From: Octopus vulgaris
Lineage: Eukaryota
DNA: 64,000 nucleotides
NCBI GenBank assembly: GCA_951406725.2
Contig: OX597814.1
Location: 138,880,001-138,944,000, forward strand
Reading direction: 5' to 3'
Of this stretch, positions 38,860-53,794 are shown piece after piece; within the stretch, counting starts at the first letter, position 1, and every line of letters begins with the position of its first letter. A program made the position numbers and the translations under genes. The notes below the pieces were generated by a model that did not search any database, was not told where the DNA came from, and worked only from the letters and a program-made list of their open reading frames with translations.

Positions 38860-39290
38860 GCAGCCTTAAGACTATTATTCAACGACTACCGTAGTTGAAT
38901 GATTATTTGTTGTATTAAGAGCCGTATTTCCTTTTACCCTAAGGCTCCGAGTTCAAATCCCAACAAGATCGAGTTTGCTTTTCCTCTTTCTGGGTTCGAA
39001 AAACTATAGTGCCAGTCAAGAAGCGGTGTCGATAGTATCAACCAGTTCCTTCTCCCCAAAATTATTTTTGCAGGCCTTGTTCCTATTAATAAATTCAGAG
39101 TTTGGCAGAAGGTCAGTATTTTAAGGGAAGGGGTTAATCAATTACTGTAACACTTGTACTTGACTAGTATTTTATTTTATCGACTGGAAAAGGATAAAAT
39201 GCAAAGATTGCCTCAGAGTGATTCGAAGTGAGAATGTAAAGAGCAGAAGAAAATAACGTTAAGCACTTTGTCCGACGCGCCGCCTTAGCA
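38860..39290. mobile_element. Two degraded family B-like SINEs, tail to tail
   Basis: gagttcaaatccc...tttgcttttcctctttctgggttcga on + and ttatcgactggaaaaggataaaatgcaaag on -. Confidence 0.5.
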
Positions 39291-39990
39291 ACAGTGTTAA
39301 TAGTGTTTATAATATTATGATCATAATAATTCCATACATTTATCTCATGTTATTCAATGACTAGTAATATACTTTTTGATTGGCTTAAAAGTTGCTATTT
39401 TACTTCGAATTTCAGTTCCTCAAGAAAATGTACGTATTTATGTAGTCCTTACCGTTTATTACAATAATTTATTCAATAAGGTAACCAGATTTTTTTCCTA
39501 ATATAAACTTATATATATTTTTTCTTCTTTGATTCAGACGTTGTAATTTCTATTCTGGATTGTTGATTGAGAAATAAAAATAAAAGGAAAAAAGAAGCAG
39601 AAATAGAAAGGATAAAGTCGACAAGAGAGAGAGAAAGTGAAATGATTATATAGGAACATATACATAAATTTATTCGTCAATCGAGAAGGATGAAATGAAG
39701 ACAGTAGGACAGAAAGAAAGAAAGAAAGAAAGAAATTCTGATGGCATTGATAATTTAGAATATTTATATGAGCCAATAACAGAGTCCACCTTAATATACA
39801 TTTATGAGTATAGATAGTCGATATAAATAAATACACTCAGAGCCCATATTCAAATACATACACACATATGAAACACAATTTTGCGTGTGTGTTTGTCTCT
39901 GTGTCCACTTGTGCGTGTGTGTGTGTGTGTATGTTTGCGCCTCTGAACATATACACACGCACACACACGCACACACATACACACACATAC

Positions 39991-40021
<31 letters not shown>

Positions 40022-40165
40022 TGTATGTATGTATGTATGTATGTATGTATTTTTGAGTGTATGTGTCTGCGTCTGAGTTCCCAATTCATTAATTATATAC
40101 GTATGGATGTGAGTGTACATATATGTGAATGTGTATGTTGTGTGTGCATATATATATATATGTGA

Positions 40166-40212
<47 letters not shown>

Positions 40213-42277
40213 CTTGTTAGAGGGATAAATATGATCATACTTCTTCAATGTCCTGTTATTAAACAATCTCTAAAGACGATCAAAAGAAGTCAGATCTTTC
40301 GTTGATATTTTTTTCGTTCTTGCTTTTTCTTCTCACGACTTTCTTTTCTACTCTCTCTTCTTTTCAAAATATTTCATATTAAACGTCTGAAGGGAAAGAC
40401 TTTATATTGAGATGTGGTTGTTGTTGTCGTCTTCGTTGTTTGAACTTTAGAGACGGAGATTTGTTACGTTCCTTCTTTGGCCTCCACTTTCATTTGATTT
40501 AGTCTAGAAAGTTTTCATTTCATTAATCAACAAGGGAATTTTCTTCTATGTAATATAATATTTTTTCCTTGCACCTCTTAACTCTAATATCTAAATGTAT
40601 CTAAATAGATTTACATGAAGTTTTATATTCTTTTTGGTGGTTCACGTAGAGATATTTTTAGACAGTATACACTACTAGCTTTGGAAGTGAAGAAATTGCT
40701 GACATAATATTTCCGTTAGAATATACAAACATTAAATCATGGAATTTCTCTACAGGATGTCCAGTTTCTATAAATTATTTAATTGACGCTCTCTAACCGA
40801 ATGTACAAAAATACATTAGATGAACTTAGTCAAACTATTCTCTTTCCTGTTCGCACAACCTAAAGATTTTCTTAGCGGATTGTCTCGTTAAATTTAATCA
40901 GAACCTTTCAAAGAAAATCGTTTTTATTGACTCACAAGACAACGATCGCTTAGTTGCATTTATGTAACATTTTCAAACTTATAATTGATTTGCAAGCGTA
41001 AGTACCCTGTGTCTGGCTAATTTGAATTACTATATAGTTAAAATAGCTTTGTCTTCTCGATTACTAATTTAGTTTCTCGTCTACTAAGACAAACGAGCGA
41101 GGTGGTTTAGATTTAACCCGATATAGAAATTCAATTATCATGTAACTTGACTTGAAAAAGAAATATGTTACTTTAAAATTCTATGTTGAATGTCAGATAA
41201 ATTGTTTTCTCTAATTTCTCTGTAAATTAAAACATTACGCAAATTAATGCCGAACTTATTCGTATTAAAACGTTCGCTTGGTTTATACTGTCGTAATTGT
41301 ATATTTAAAAATATAATTTAAATATACTTTCATACACAAACTGTACAAAGTTATAGAATGGTAATAATTTTGTTTATGTTATATATCCATGCCAGAGTTA
41401 TCAAACGTTCATATTTGAACTGTATTGACTCGACCAAATGAGTAAAATCTAAATCCCGAACGTATAGCAAAATGTCCCAACTACGCACTCATTCAAAGAT
41501 TAATTTATTAATAGCCATTTAAATCGTATTTAAATCGTCCAAAGAGCGGATAGCTGGAATGCCAGATGCAATTCGGCCACGTTAGGCCTTGTCAATGGCA
41601 TATTCTCACAGCCAGCTGCATGCTTAGGCGAGATTTGACGTTTCCGACATATAATAAAACAGTGAAAACACTCACTGATATTGCAAATAGTCACCCAGCC
41701 GAATAAAGATCCGTTATATGCAATAGAAGCAGTACACGTTAAAATAGCCATTCACTACAGCATATGTGAAGTGACAAATCTCGTCCAAGTATTCAGTCGA
41801 CAGTGAATACACGCCACTGACAAAGTCCAACAAACTGAAATGCATCCGGCGTTCTCACGAGCGTCTGCTTGGACGAATTTGATCTCCTTTCCATAAATAA
41901 TGAGGCATTTTAAACACAGCACGTCCATAAAAGCTGTTAGCTCCAGATGAATGTCGCAGTAAATTTGCCTTTTGACGATGTATGTAGACTAAGTATGTTA
42001 CATAGATGGTTATTTTAATTAAATACTGCTTCTCTTGTATATGAAGGATCATTTATTAATGTTTATCAGCGTCAAATCTAAAAGATTTTTCTTAAGAAAT
42101 AAATAACATAAATAACGATTATTATATACTTTTCTTCTATTTTTCTTAGGGAGACAAAATTAATAAACGCAGCAGATTTTTGTTAATCCTACGTGACAGC
42201 TGGGGCTGCATTTAATATAAAGTTTTAATGACGTCATTTTGATCATTACCAACAACTACTGCTACTACTACTACTAT

Positions 42278-42318
<41 letters not shown>

Positions 42319-42436
42319 TTACTACTACAAACGTATCCAGATATGAACAAGTACTACACTACCATTACGGTTTCAAAGAGAGGACTGGCTGGCTTGAGAC
42401 GTTATTTTCTCTCATTTCTAATTAATTTATACTTTA

Positions 42437-43217
42437 CTAGCAGCACAGCCCGGTGTTGCCCGGGTATGTAAGAAAATTTGTCGATAAGCAATGCCCTTTA
42501 CCTTTTTACCCTTTTTTGTACTCATTGAACCGTTATTTTGTAAAATGAGGCCTAAAAGGCATTAAGGCATTCAATGCATGAAGAAAACCTATGACAGTCA
42601 AAGTGCACTTTCTGGTTTTGTTTAGCACACCCAACCCAATCGCAAAAAGATCGATTTGCTATGTGTGCCACATATGATGTAATTAACCGGTTTTTTCCAG
42701 TAATAACGTATCCTATTGGAATCAAAATGGCCATATAGCTCCTTGGAGCAGACATGATGCTCGCTGTGAATTTTTAAAAAAATTCCTGCCAATTTGTTAA
42801 AGATATTGTCGAAAATATGTCATCTTGCGATTTCCCAAAATGGCATGATTTTATCGATTTTTTCTGATGGTAAGGTATTGCATGGAAAACTAACGTCAGA
42901 ATTAAGTTCCTTAGGGTAACATTAAGCTTCACCATGAGTTTGGTGAAAATTGATTGCAAGTTGCGAAAACTACAACGGAAAATGTGTTGCATAAGATAAG
43001 CTTAGATTCTCGACCCCATGTCGAATTTATCGATTTTTTTCAGAACTGGGGGAACTTTTCAAAATTTTCGCTGCGTTAGTTTTGAATTATGATATTGGGC
43101 TATGTGTTTCAAGTTTCATCAGAATCGGTTGAAAGCCGTGGTCAGGGTGAGGGTACAACCTGACAGACACACAGACACACAGGCAGACAGACAAACTGCC
43201 TTTTATATATATAGAGA
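42437..43217 (-). mobile_element. Non-autonomous Helitron
   Basis: Minus strand starts A|TCTCTATATATATAAAA followed by (GTCT)-like repeats, and ends with hairpin cccgg/ccggg (42449-42464) plus CTAG|T; no TSD. Confidence 0.88.
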
Positions 43218-43459
43218 TTCCTTCATGACATCAAAAACGTTCCCCAGAAATGCGTCTTGAATAAAAAATCATATGTTTATGTGAGCGCAAAGGATTTAAA
43301 GGAAGAACGCTCGTAATGACTGAAAATAAAAACAATCATTAACGTTGATGAAAATACTTAGGCGATGAGAAACTGGAGAAGACTCTGAAATTTAAATTAA
43401 ATAAATTTCAATGGAGTTACGTATCGGTTGGTGGTTGGTAGATATAATATTTGGTGAGT

Positions 43460-43676
43460 TTACGGTAGCGAGCTGGCAGACACGTTAGCACGCCGAGCGA
43501 AATGCTTAGTGGTATTTCGTCTGCCGCTACGTTCTGAGTTCAAATTACGCCGAGGTCGACTTTGCTTTTTATCCTTTCGGGATCGATAAATTAAGTAGCA
43601 GTTGCGTACTGGGGTCGATCTAATCGACTGGCACCCCCCCCCCAAAAAAAAAAAATTTGTGCCTAGAGTAAAGAAG
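43460..43676 (+). mobile_element. Full-length family B SINE
   Basis: gagctggcaga head, gagttcaaat B box; 14-bp TSD aatatttggtgagt at 43446-43459 and 43677-43690. Confidence 0.92.
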
Positions 43677-44689
43677 AATATTTGGTGAGTATGAAATCAA
43701 CTCTAGAAATCTTTCTTTTAAGATTTCCTCAGTGAAATGGAGTCTAACGCATCCTTAGCAAATCTTAAAATAACTGAGAGGATAAAATTTGGTGCATGAA
43801 AATAAAACCATTCACTAGCTAGCTGGGCAATTGAGCATCTTCCGTTTTCCATCACTTTAGTGACGTCATATTTCTGATTATTATGGAATCCCTAAACAAC
43901 AAAAGGTTGCGGAAACAACATTCGAAGAGAAACAAATATATACAGATTCATGAATTCACCAAAAACAATGGTGAATTTTAACATTTTACTTGCACATGCT
44001 AAGTAAAATAGACTTGGTTAAAACAGTGATAACTAATCAGCAAATGCGACAGATAGTGTTTGCAATAATTCCATATTTTATGCTCGACTTGCTGGAGAAA
44101 ATTATGTCAAACGAGTTACGAAATTTAATTCTCATATTTTCTGTACGAAGGCTATTATCGTAAGCATGTAAAATATTGTTTTTGTAGAAAATGTTAACTA
44201 AATAATAGGATTTATTTACTGCAGTAGAAACCATTTTCTTCTACTGTGTGCAAATGGACTGACATAACTATTCTTCAAGTGATTGCCCCAGCTCATTATT
44301 TTCGAATTTATTTTGCGACTCAAACGTTGCTGCCAAATATAAATCTGGTCAAACTAAAACAAAAATTTTAATGAATTTACTTGAAGCAGAATAAAGAAAA
44401 AAAAATACCTTTAAAGAATCATGAAGCTGAATAACCATTTTTAATCATTAAATATGCATCTAATAAAAGAAACATGAAAACTTTTTTTAATGCTACATTA
44501 TTTCCACAAACAATTTGGAATGCAATGACATTCTTATTTTATTCGCCCTTGAGAAATCTGGTAAATTGTTTTTGCACTTGACAGATAAATATTGAATTTC
44601 TGATCGCGAATAATCTTCTAAAATTATTTTATAAATTAAAGAAATAAAAAATATGGAGAGGCTTTAACGGTAACGGTGTGCATATTTCA

Positions 44690-44782
<93 letters not shown>

Positions 44783-46871
44783 GCGTATGCGCGGGTTATT
44801 ACTGGGTTGAATGACATTAAACACTATTCTAGATGTACAAACTTTTGGAAGACAGGAAAAATGTTTGACCGTATCTGTTATGCAACTCTACAGGATAAGC
44901 TATTTGCCTTATAGGCTTCTTATGTCTGTTATCTTGGATCGAATCTGCCTGTGGAACTACACCATGACAGCGTATGTGGATCCGCCCTTCTCTTATCTAC
45001 ACTGTATCAACACTGGTATTGTTCCATGTTCGGTTATGTTCCCCATGATCTTTCTCTATATATGCAACTTATATGCGGTCATCTCCAGCAACGCCTATTC
45101 CTACGATCATGATACCATTTGTCGTTTCTGTCTTAAACCTGCTCTTCCTCCTTAAGCAAATATCTAGAAACCATTTATAAATCAATCTTGTCTCTGCCTA
45201 TAGAACAAAGACACAATCACTACACGTGTCAAGGAAACATGCTTTCTCCCACTATTCCTGGCCGTGGACATCACACAATTAAAAATTTCCAAAATCACTA
45301 CAAACATTGATAATCACTCTCCTAACAATCTCACAACTGTGACATAGCAACTGAAAGCTGCATTCTAAAAGTTTGCCTTGCTCTTCAGGACACAAAATAA
45401 TTTAGCTCCCAACACTCACTAACTCACAGCACAATGGACTACTGTCCCTGCTGTTGCTGCTGCCGCTGCTGTGCATATACAGATTCTAGAATGCGACCAC
45501 ATAAGGATCACACGTGATTAGCATGCAATCGCTCAAGAAATTATTGTCTATAGGATGTATTGTCTCCTGACTTTGCCTTTTCTAGTGCAAACACAGCTGT
45601 TTCTACCCACTTACACTTATAGCTGGCTGGTTATCGTTTCGCCTCACCCATACTCACCTAACTCACTCATCTCTTTCTTTATAGTCTTCATATTGCTTCC
45701 GCTCCCCACTAAATACAGCATTAACCAATTTCTCCAATAAATCCTCCCCCAAACATACACCCTTCCCGGGTTCCTCATAGTTTTAAGATTGTTCAAGGAA
45801 AAGGTTAACTGCATCGATCCAGTTGTTTTGGTTAACCTGTAAGGTGCATGGATACAGGCATATTTACTAAACCAATCCATTAAAAAACTGCTGCACTGCT
45901 AAATACCTTCATAACAACGGTTGAGCCGTAAAGAATGGAGCAACGTTAAACCAAATGTCTTATCGTATTGAATTTCTTCCCTTTATATCTCTGCATTTAA
46001 ATATCTCCGACATCGACAAAATAAGTGCCTGTCATATATTGGACTTTATTGAATCCATTATATCCATCACGTACAAATGTATGGCTTTTGTCAATGTAAA
46101 AAACTATACATATGTTTGCTTTGTCTATATCAAATCCGCTGAAATATTTTAGAAAGATTAATTTAAATACAGATGCCATATTCTTCAAAATAATTTTTTT
46201 AGAACAATTGATTAGGCTAAGTACTATCTTTGACGTCGTCAGAATGTCTGCATTTGAGTATAATCTTGTTCTTTTCCATTTGTCATTTTTCTTTATATGA
46301 AGCATAATTCAATAGAAAAGTCAGTATTCCAAATTCTCTTCTGGTTGCTTGGAAAACGAAAACAGTGGGGTTAGGAATTTCAATATTGAATTTAAATATT
46401 GAATTCCAATATCTCGAGAGATTCAGAGGTTAAAAACTCATCAACTTAACTTCAATTCTTTGCTAGAAACATTATACATTACTTTTGTCACACATTCGCA
46501 AAGCATGATAGTTACCAATTCTCGTTTCCATCGTTTTAAAAGTACATTTTTGTGGATCCTGGGGAAATATTTATCTAATTCCAAAATATTTCTTTTTCTC
46601 TTTTTTCTATTAATTTAGTTTCTTAAACTGATTTCATATAGACATGCAAATTTAGTTGATTGTTTTTGTTTTACAGGAAGTGAAATGCAAATATTAAACT
46701 CGTATGGTATTCCAAGAAGAAGAATTAAGAAACATTTCTAATTAACAGTCGGAACAGGTTCACAGACGTGTGTCGTCAAGAATCTACATTTTGCCACAAG
46801 GTAAAATAAGACAAAAACATATACGCACACATTTTACTAAACTCATACTTCATAAATGTACGTGTAACTAC

Positions 46872-46931
<60 letters not shown>

Positions 46932-46973
46932 TTGTGTGTGTGTGCATGTATATACATATATATATGCATACAT

Positions 46974-47058
<85 letters not shown>

Positions 47059-47084
47059 CATGTATGCATGTATATTACTTTACT

Positions 47085-47558
47085 CTTTTACTTTTACTTG
47101 TTTCATTCATTTGATTGCGGCCATACTGGAGCACCACTTTAGTCGAACAAATCGACTCTAGGGCTTATTCTTTGTAAGCCTACTAAATATTCTATCGGTT
47201 TCTTTTGCCGAAACCCTGAAATGCGGTGACGTAAACACACCTACATCGGTTGTTGAGCGATGGAGGGGGGAAACAGAGACACAAAATACATACATAAACA
47301 TACCTATAAACGGTATTTATATATATAAATATAGTATCTTTTATCTTTTACCTGTTTCAGTCATTACACTGCAGCAATACTGGGACACCGTCTCGAATAT
47401 TTAGTCGAATGAATCGACTTCAGAGATTAATTTTTATTCCTGATACTTATTCTACAGGAGTCCTTTGACGAACCGCTAAGTCACGGGGACGTAAACTCAC
47501 CAACATTGGTTGCCAAGTGATGAATGGGGGACAAACAGAGACACACACATACACTCAT

Positions 47559-47620
<62 letters not shown>

Positions 47621-47660
47621 TTGTATTATATATATATATATACGACGGGCTTGCCACACA
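47085..47660 (-). mobile_element. Two tandem family A SINE 3' portions
   Basis: tttacttgtttcattcatt... and tttacctgtttcagtcatt... tails, ending at tacgacgggctt. Confidence 0.8.
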
Positions 47661-47691
47661 TCCACTCTTGTGCATGCATTTATTTATATAT

Positions 47692-48590
47692 AGATAGGTT
47701 GCAATAAGTAGATTGTCCTGTTTTATATTTTTAAGTTTGCAAATGCGTATTGTTTGTTTTTGATTTTGTCGACTACATAGTAACGTAGAGTAAGTCGATC
47801 ACCGTCTCTAAGAAAAACAGCTCCATGACGCAATTCACTCTGCCAAAAATCTGGAAACAACATGCTGTACTGCTCGGCATTAGCGTCAGGAGCTCCAATA
47901 CAAAGAGATGGTGAACACACAGAACAAACTTTGGCTTGCCGTGTCCCGAAAACATGTACCGAGAGTGATAAAAATCAAACATCAAGTCAATATCATGGTG
48001 TTTTGCGTGGTCACTAGTGATGGCAACGTTATGCCTCCATTCATCTTCCCACACGGCCTCACACTCAATACGGAGATCTACATCAAGTGCCTGGAGGACG
48101 TAGTGCTGCTCTAGATCAAGAGGGTGGCTGCTGGAAGACCCTATATCTGGCAATAGAACTCTGCACCATGCCACACAAGCAGGACAACCCAGTCATGGCT
48201 GTCAGAAAATTTCTGCGATTACGTCACTCCTAACATCTGGACACGTAACTCCCCAGACTGCAACCCTCTTGATTATTATGTGTGGGGAGGGGCATTTGAG
48301 CGAGAGACTAACAAAACTTATTGTAACACCAAAGACGAACTGAAGTCATGGATTATGGTAGCATTCACCAACGTAAATAAGGAGTCTGCCCAAAAGAGTT
48401 GCAGGAAATTCCGAAATCGTCTGGAGTCCGTGGTTGAAGTCAATGGCGATTTTATGGAATATATTTATTTACTCTTCAGTATTTCAAGATATTTTTTATG
48501 TAATTTTGGTAAATATATCCGTTAAAATGAGATGTCAGTGTTATTTTCATTTTTGCGTAATTTAGAAGACAATATATTCACTGCATCATG

Positions 48591-48592
<2 letters not shown>
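47692..48592 (+). mobile_element. Internally deleted DD37D (maT-type) transposon
   Basis: WQ*NSAPCH...NSPDCNPLDYYVW with 37 residues between the second catalytic position and the PLD aspartate; imperfect TIRs ending gattgtc/gacaat. Confidence 0.88.
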
Positions 48593-48670
<78 letters not shown>

Positions 48671-48879
48671 TATGTGTGTGTGTGTTTATATTTATGTATG
48701 TATGTATTTATGTATATACGCACACACAGTAATCCCTTGCCATATCGCGGTTTATTATATTATATAAGTTTACGTGGTGTTGTTTTGCATTTATAATAAA
48801 ATATATATATACAAATTGGAAAAATAATTTTTTAAATATACAGTACTGTTCCTACCTCACAGATTTTCACCTTGTCACA

Positions 48880-49420
48880 ACCTCCTTCATCTTAAAAACG
48901 ACTGTCCCTGACGTTCTCCTTCAGCTTGGGGAACAATCAAAAGTCTCAGGGAGTAATGTCTGGACTGTAAGGAAGTGAAGGATAATTTTAATGCTCGTCT
49001 CTGTCAAGTAGTCTCTTACCAGGATTGTTTTTCGCATTGTTACGTCTTCATGAATAATTTTGTGTATCGTTGTCTCCTCAGCTCCATTCTGTATGCTTGT
49101 TACCTCTATAGTCACAGGACAGTCTTCAGCCAGAGAACTTTCTCAACCTGAGAGCTTTCTGACATCCCTATCCCTCGCATCTCATTGTCTCTCATCTCCC
49201 CTCTACAGTCCTTGGACGCATTGTGTCAGCACAAAAGTCAATCTATTAGCAGTCTGGAGCATTTCATAAATTTCTGTAGCATTTTTTCCCAGTTTAATGT
49301 ACAGCGAGCTTCCAATCGTCCCGACTGAATCCTGCAAATCCGTCAGCTATGACAAACAATTTTCAGTAGGGTGTGTTCAAAGTGATGTTACAACCGCCTT
49401 CTCCAATCTAAAATAACAAA
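48880..49420 (-). mobile_element. Deleted mariner (DD34D-type) remnant
   Basis: PYSPDITP*DF*LFPKLKENV motif and N-terminal IKLGKNATEIYEML-like segment. Confidence 0.75.
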
Positions 49421-49780
49421 TGTTGGCAGGTCAGCTTATTAGATGTATGATACTGATATACTAAAATTACAATAAACAAGGACACTCATAACTACTTCTC
49501 CTAAAAGCATACTCAAAAATTGTGGAGTGCAACTCGCATATGAATGTATAGGCGTGTGTGTGTGTGTGTGTGTGTGCGTGTGTGTGTGCGTATCTATGTA
49601 TGCATACGTGCATGTATGTATATATGTATGTATATATATATATATATATACATATGTATAAAGATATAGAAATATATATATGACATGTATGTATATATAT
49701 ATATATATAAAGATATAGAAATATATATATGACATGTATGTATATATATATATATATATATATATGATATTGATATGTAA

Positions 49781-49936
<156 letters not shown>

Positions 49937-50964
49937 ATCTCTGAAAGTGAGATACAGAAGATATTTATTTATATGTTTGAGATGTCAACAAATCAATGTT
50001 ATGTAAATGAATGTCAAGACACTGTGATGCCGTACAATATCAATGCGTTGGTTTGTTCAAAGAGTTTGTTTTTATTGAAATGATAAAATAAATATTGCAT
50101 TTTCAAAGAAATGCAAGAATGGTTTATACAGAAGCATTAAAATGGATAGCAGCTGTAACCTATCGATTTCTCAGAGAAATATTGAATTCCTGATCACGAA
50201 TAGTTTTTCTAAAATCATTTTATAATTTAAAGAAATAAAATATATACAGAGAAGCTTTAAATATGCATATTTCATTTCGGGGGTCGAGGTTGACTGGGAT
50301 TAAGCAATATTCTAGATGGACAGATGTTTGAGGAGAAGCTAACAAAAAGGAATGAGGAACAATAATACTGTAGAGTAAGTGAAAATTGAATAAACTGGTT
50401 TTCAGTGTGTGCATAGTTTTCAAAATACGACTGGGATATGTAAAGAAATTACAGATATATCATTTGTATACGAGAACAGATGTTTTGACGTAGAAAGTGA
50501 TAAACAGGAGGAAAAAGAACAACTTATGAAATAGTGAGAGTGAGTTACTTAAGAGAAAAGTTTTCCCTCCATCTCATTGATTTGTTTACAATGTTCGTTC
50601 ATATTTCTAGAACGATCTCACATATTTTATGCAGAGAGTTGAAAAACTTCAAGTAACTGAAATTATTAATGCAACTGGAAGACAAAATGCCTCACAAGTG
50701 ATAACTAAAATCTAAAAACAACATACAAAGGATAAGATAACCCTGGTAATATTTAACATTTGAGAGTCAAACGAAATTGTGTATGCCTAAATGTCAGCTC
50801 AGCTACAGTTGGAAACTATGAGAGAACATGTTTTATTTTGTTTGTTTTTTTTAATTTAAATTTTCAAAACGAGATTACATCACAAACATATAAAATTGCT
50901 TCAATTATCTCATTAACCACCATTTCATACTTTATAAGAAGTATGTATAGAAACTTTTATATAA

Positions 50965-51126
50965 AGGTGCAAGCGTGGCTGTGTGGCAAGCAGTTTGTTT
51001 CCCAAGGATATGATTCCGGGTTCAGTTTCATTGTATGGCACCTTGGGTAACTTTCTTGCAATAGCCTTGGACTGACCAAAGTCTTGTGGGTGGATTTGGT
51101 TGACAGAAACAGAAAAAATCCCGTCG

Positions 51127-51167
<41 letters not shown>

Positions 51168-51303
51168 GGGGGGGAGGGAGAGGCAGAGATAGAATGTACC
51201 ATTGTGTTTGCATTTTCCTTCCACCACCGCTTTGACAATCGGTGTTGGTGAGTTTATATTCCTCTTACTTAGGGGTTCGGCAAAAGATACTGATAGAATA
51301 ACT
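50965..51303 (+). mobile_element. Family A SINE lacking its distal tail
   Basis: gcgtggctgtgtgg head, ccgggttcagt, gtggatttggt, internal (TA)(GA) tract, ggttcggcaaaaga. Confidence 0.8.
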
Positions 51304-51643
51304 ATATATATATATATATATATATAAAATATTATTAGAGACAAAACCACACGCCTATATTATTATATATATATATATATATATATACATATACATAAAC
51401 ATGTTTGTATGTTTGTATGTATGAATGTATGTATGTAAGTATGTATGCATGTATGCAAGTATGTATGCATGTATGCACGTATACATGTATGTGCTTGTAT
51501 ATGTAATAGTTTAATGAAGATGACAAAACTGAAAATTCGAAACCTCTGAGAATATTTGTTTAAGAGTTTAATAAATTTGGAGCCTACTAAAAGGCATAGA
51601 ATAATCCTTTAGTTTAATGATATATTGTTTATATAAAAGCCAC

Positions 51644-51705
<62 letters not shown>

Positions 51706-51802
51706 GTGGCTTGTTAGCAGTTTTTCAACCGTTCTTGTGGCTATGAGTCGCTTTGACACTTATTTCTGAATAGCCCTCTCAGTCACTTTAGTGACGTATT
51801 TA

Positions 51803-51857
<55 letters not shown>

Positions 51858-51860
<3 letters not shown>

Positions 51861-52017
51861 GGAGTAAACACATAAATGTGAAACAAGGTGGAAAAAAGAG
51901 TACTCAAATACCAGTGGTAGAGTAATATGCTTTATTTAAAGCAGCAGAAAATTCAACAAAATCTGTTACAAATCTGAGTAACAGATTTTGTTGAATTTTC
52001 TGCTGCTTTAAATAAAG
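51858..52017. mobile_element. Short fold-back insertion (Penelope-like terminus) with perfect 40-bp hairpin
   Basis: 51930-51969 is the exact reverse complement of 51978-52017 (8-nt loop); (TA)n on both sides. Confidence 0.7.
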
Positions 52018-52034
52018 TATATATATATATATAT

Positions 52035-52311
52035 GTGGCTTAGTGGTTAGGGCATTCGGCTCACGATCATAAGGTCGTAAGTTCAATTCCCGACAACGTA
52101 TTGTGTCCTTGAGCAGGACACTTTATTTCTCGTTGGTCCAGTTCACTCAGCTGGCAAGAATGAAAAGTACCTGTATTTCAAAGGGCCAGCCTTGTCACAC
52201 TCTGTGTCCCGCTGAGAACGACGTTAAGGGTACACGTGTCTATGGAATGTTCAGCAACTTGTTAATTTTACGAGCAAGGATACTCGTCGTCGTAACCGAC
52301 GGAGTGCTCCT

Positions 52312-52312
<1 letters not shown>
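52035..52312 (+). mobile_element. tRNA-derived CORE-like SINE with the head of 283 and the tail of 1753
   Basis: tggcttagtggtt A box, gttcaattccc B box, CORE-like block, then gtacctgtatttcaaagggccagccttgtcacactctgtgtc...accgacggagtgctcc. Confidence 0.85.
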
Positions 52313-52360
<48 letters not shown>

Positions 52361-53716
52361 CAAATCACAGAGTAGGTGCAGGACAGAGTATGAGAAATAG
52401 TAGTATAGGTGAAGTATAAGAGAGGAGAGAAAAGAGTAATTCAGTGAAGGAGAAGTAGTGAGAGTAATAGCTCTGACTGAAAGAGAGTGAGAGAAAGTAA
52501 CACACAATAGAGAAAGGAAGGGGTGATAGATGAATAAGGAAGGAAATGGTGAAAAAATAAGCGTTTCAGTTCTGTGTGAGTATACGTGTGTATGTGTGTG
52601 GTTATACAAGGGAAGTATGTGAAAGTTTGTATGCGTGATCATTATGTACCTTATTTTGTAACTTATTTATATATAAAATACTACAATTTTCGACGACACA
52701 GGGTCATCTAGAAAAAATATATATGTATATATATTCAAGTATATATATATATATGTACACCTATATACACTTATATATACCTGTGTGTGTGTCTGTGTGT
52801 GTGTGTGTGTGTAAGCATAAATATCATTCGATGGTTTAGAGAGCAGCCTCAACTTCAAATTTAACCATATGTCGCACTAAGCTGGGGATTTTGTATTGTG
52901 CCATTTTTGACGCTGTTTTCAGAAATCCTATTCTTTTGCGAGGTATGATAGCATTAAAACTAATTTAAACATTATTCCCTTTCTGATTTGACCACTTCTT
53001 ATTCCATTTGTCTTTTTCTATAGCGCCAATTTTGACTAGATTAATTTCATTGATATTTTTAAAGAAACATTCGCTGTATTTAAATTGACTTTTAAAATAT
53101 CAGAGATACAGTGATATAAAGACGATATCAGTCATTACCCCCTTTCCGATTTATCGACATTTTACATCATAAGTTGTTTTACTGCTGCACCAGTTTTGAC
53201 GTGGTTTACGGAATTAGATTCCTTTCATTGCCTTTCCTTTAAAATAAAGATAGGAATAAAAAAGAGAAATTATATTGCTTAGTAATTACATCAAGGTATT
53301 TGTCTCGCATTTTTGAACACTTATTTTTATCGTACTTTTCCTACTGAACCAATTTCCTTTTGTAATATCTCAAAATGTAACAAAACCAGTTCCTTTTCAA
53401 TGGACTAAACCGCATCCGATTTAGTCAAAATTTTCATTAGCTAGAGGGCGTAGAAGTGGACGCGAACAAGTAAATGTTCACCTTGACAGTATTACTCGTC
53501 CACTGCTGTGTGTGAATGATGCATATATGTATATATGTATGTAAGCATGCATGCATGTATGTATGTATGTATGTATGTATGTATATATGCATGTATGCAT
53601 CTATCTATCTATGTATCCATGTATGCATCATGTATTATAAATTATCCCAAAATTATTGATATATTAATTGATATATACACTTGCATGTACTTTTATACAC
53701 ACACAAACACACACAA

Positions 53717-53794
<78 letters not shown>

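Noticed and set aside
49650-49765. Short tandem duplications here and at 63905-63947
   Set aside because: Ordinary slippage products in low-complexity DNA.
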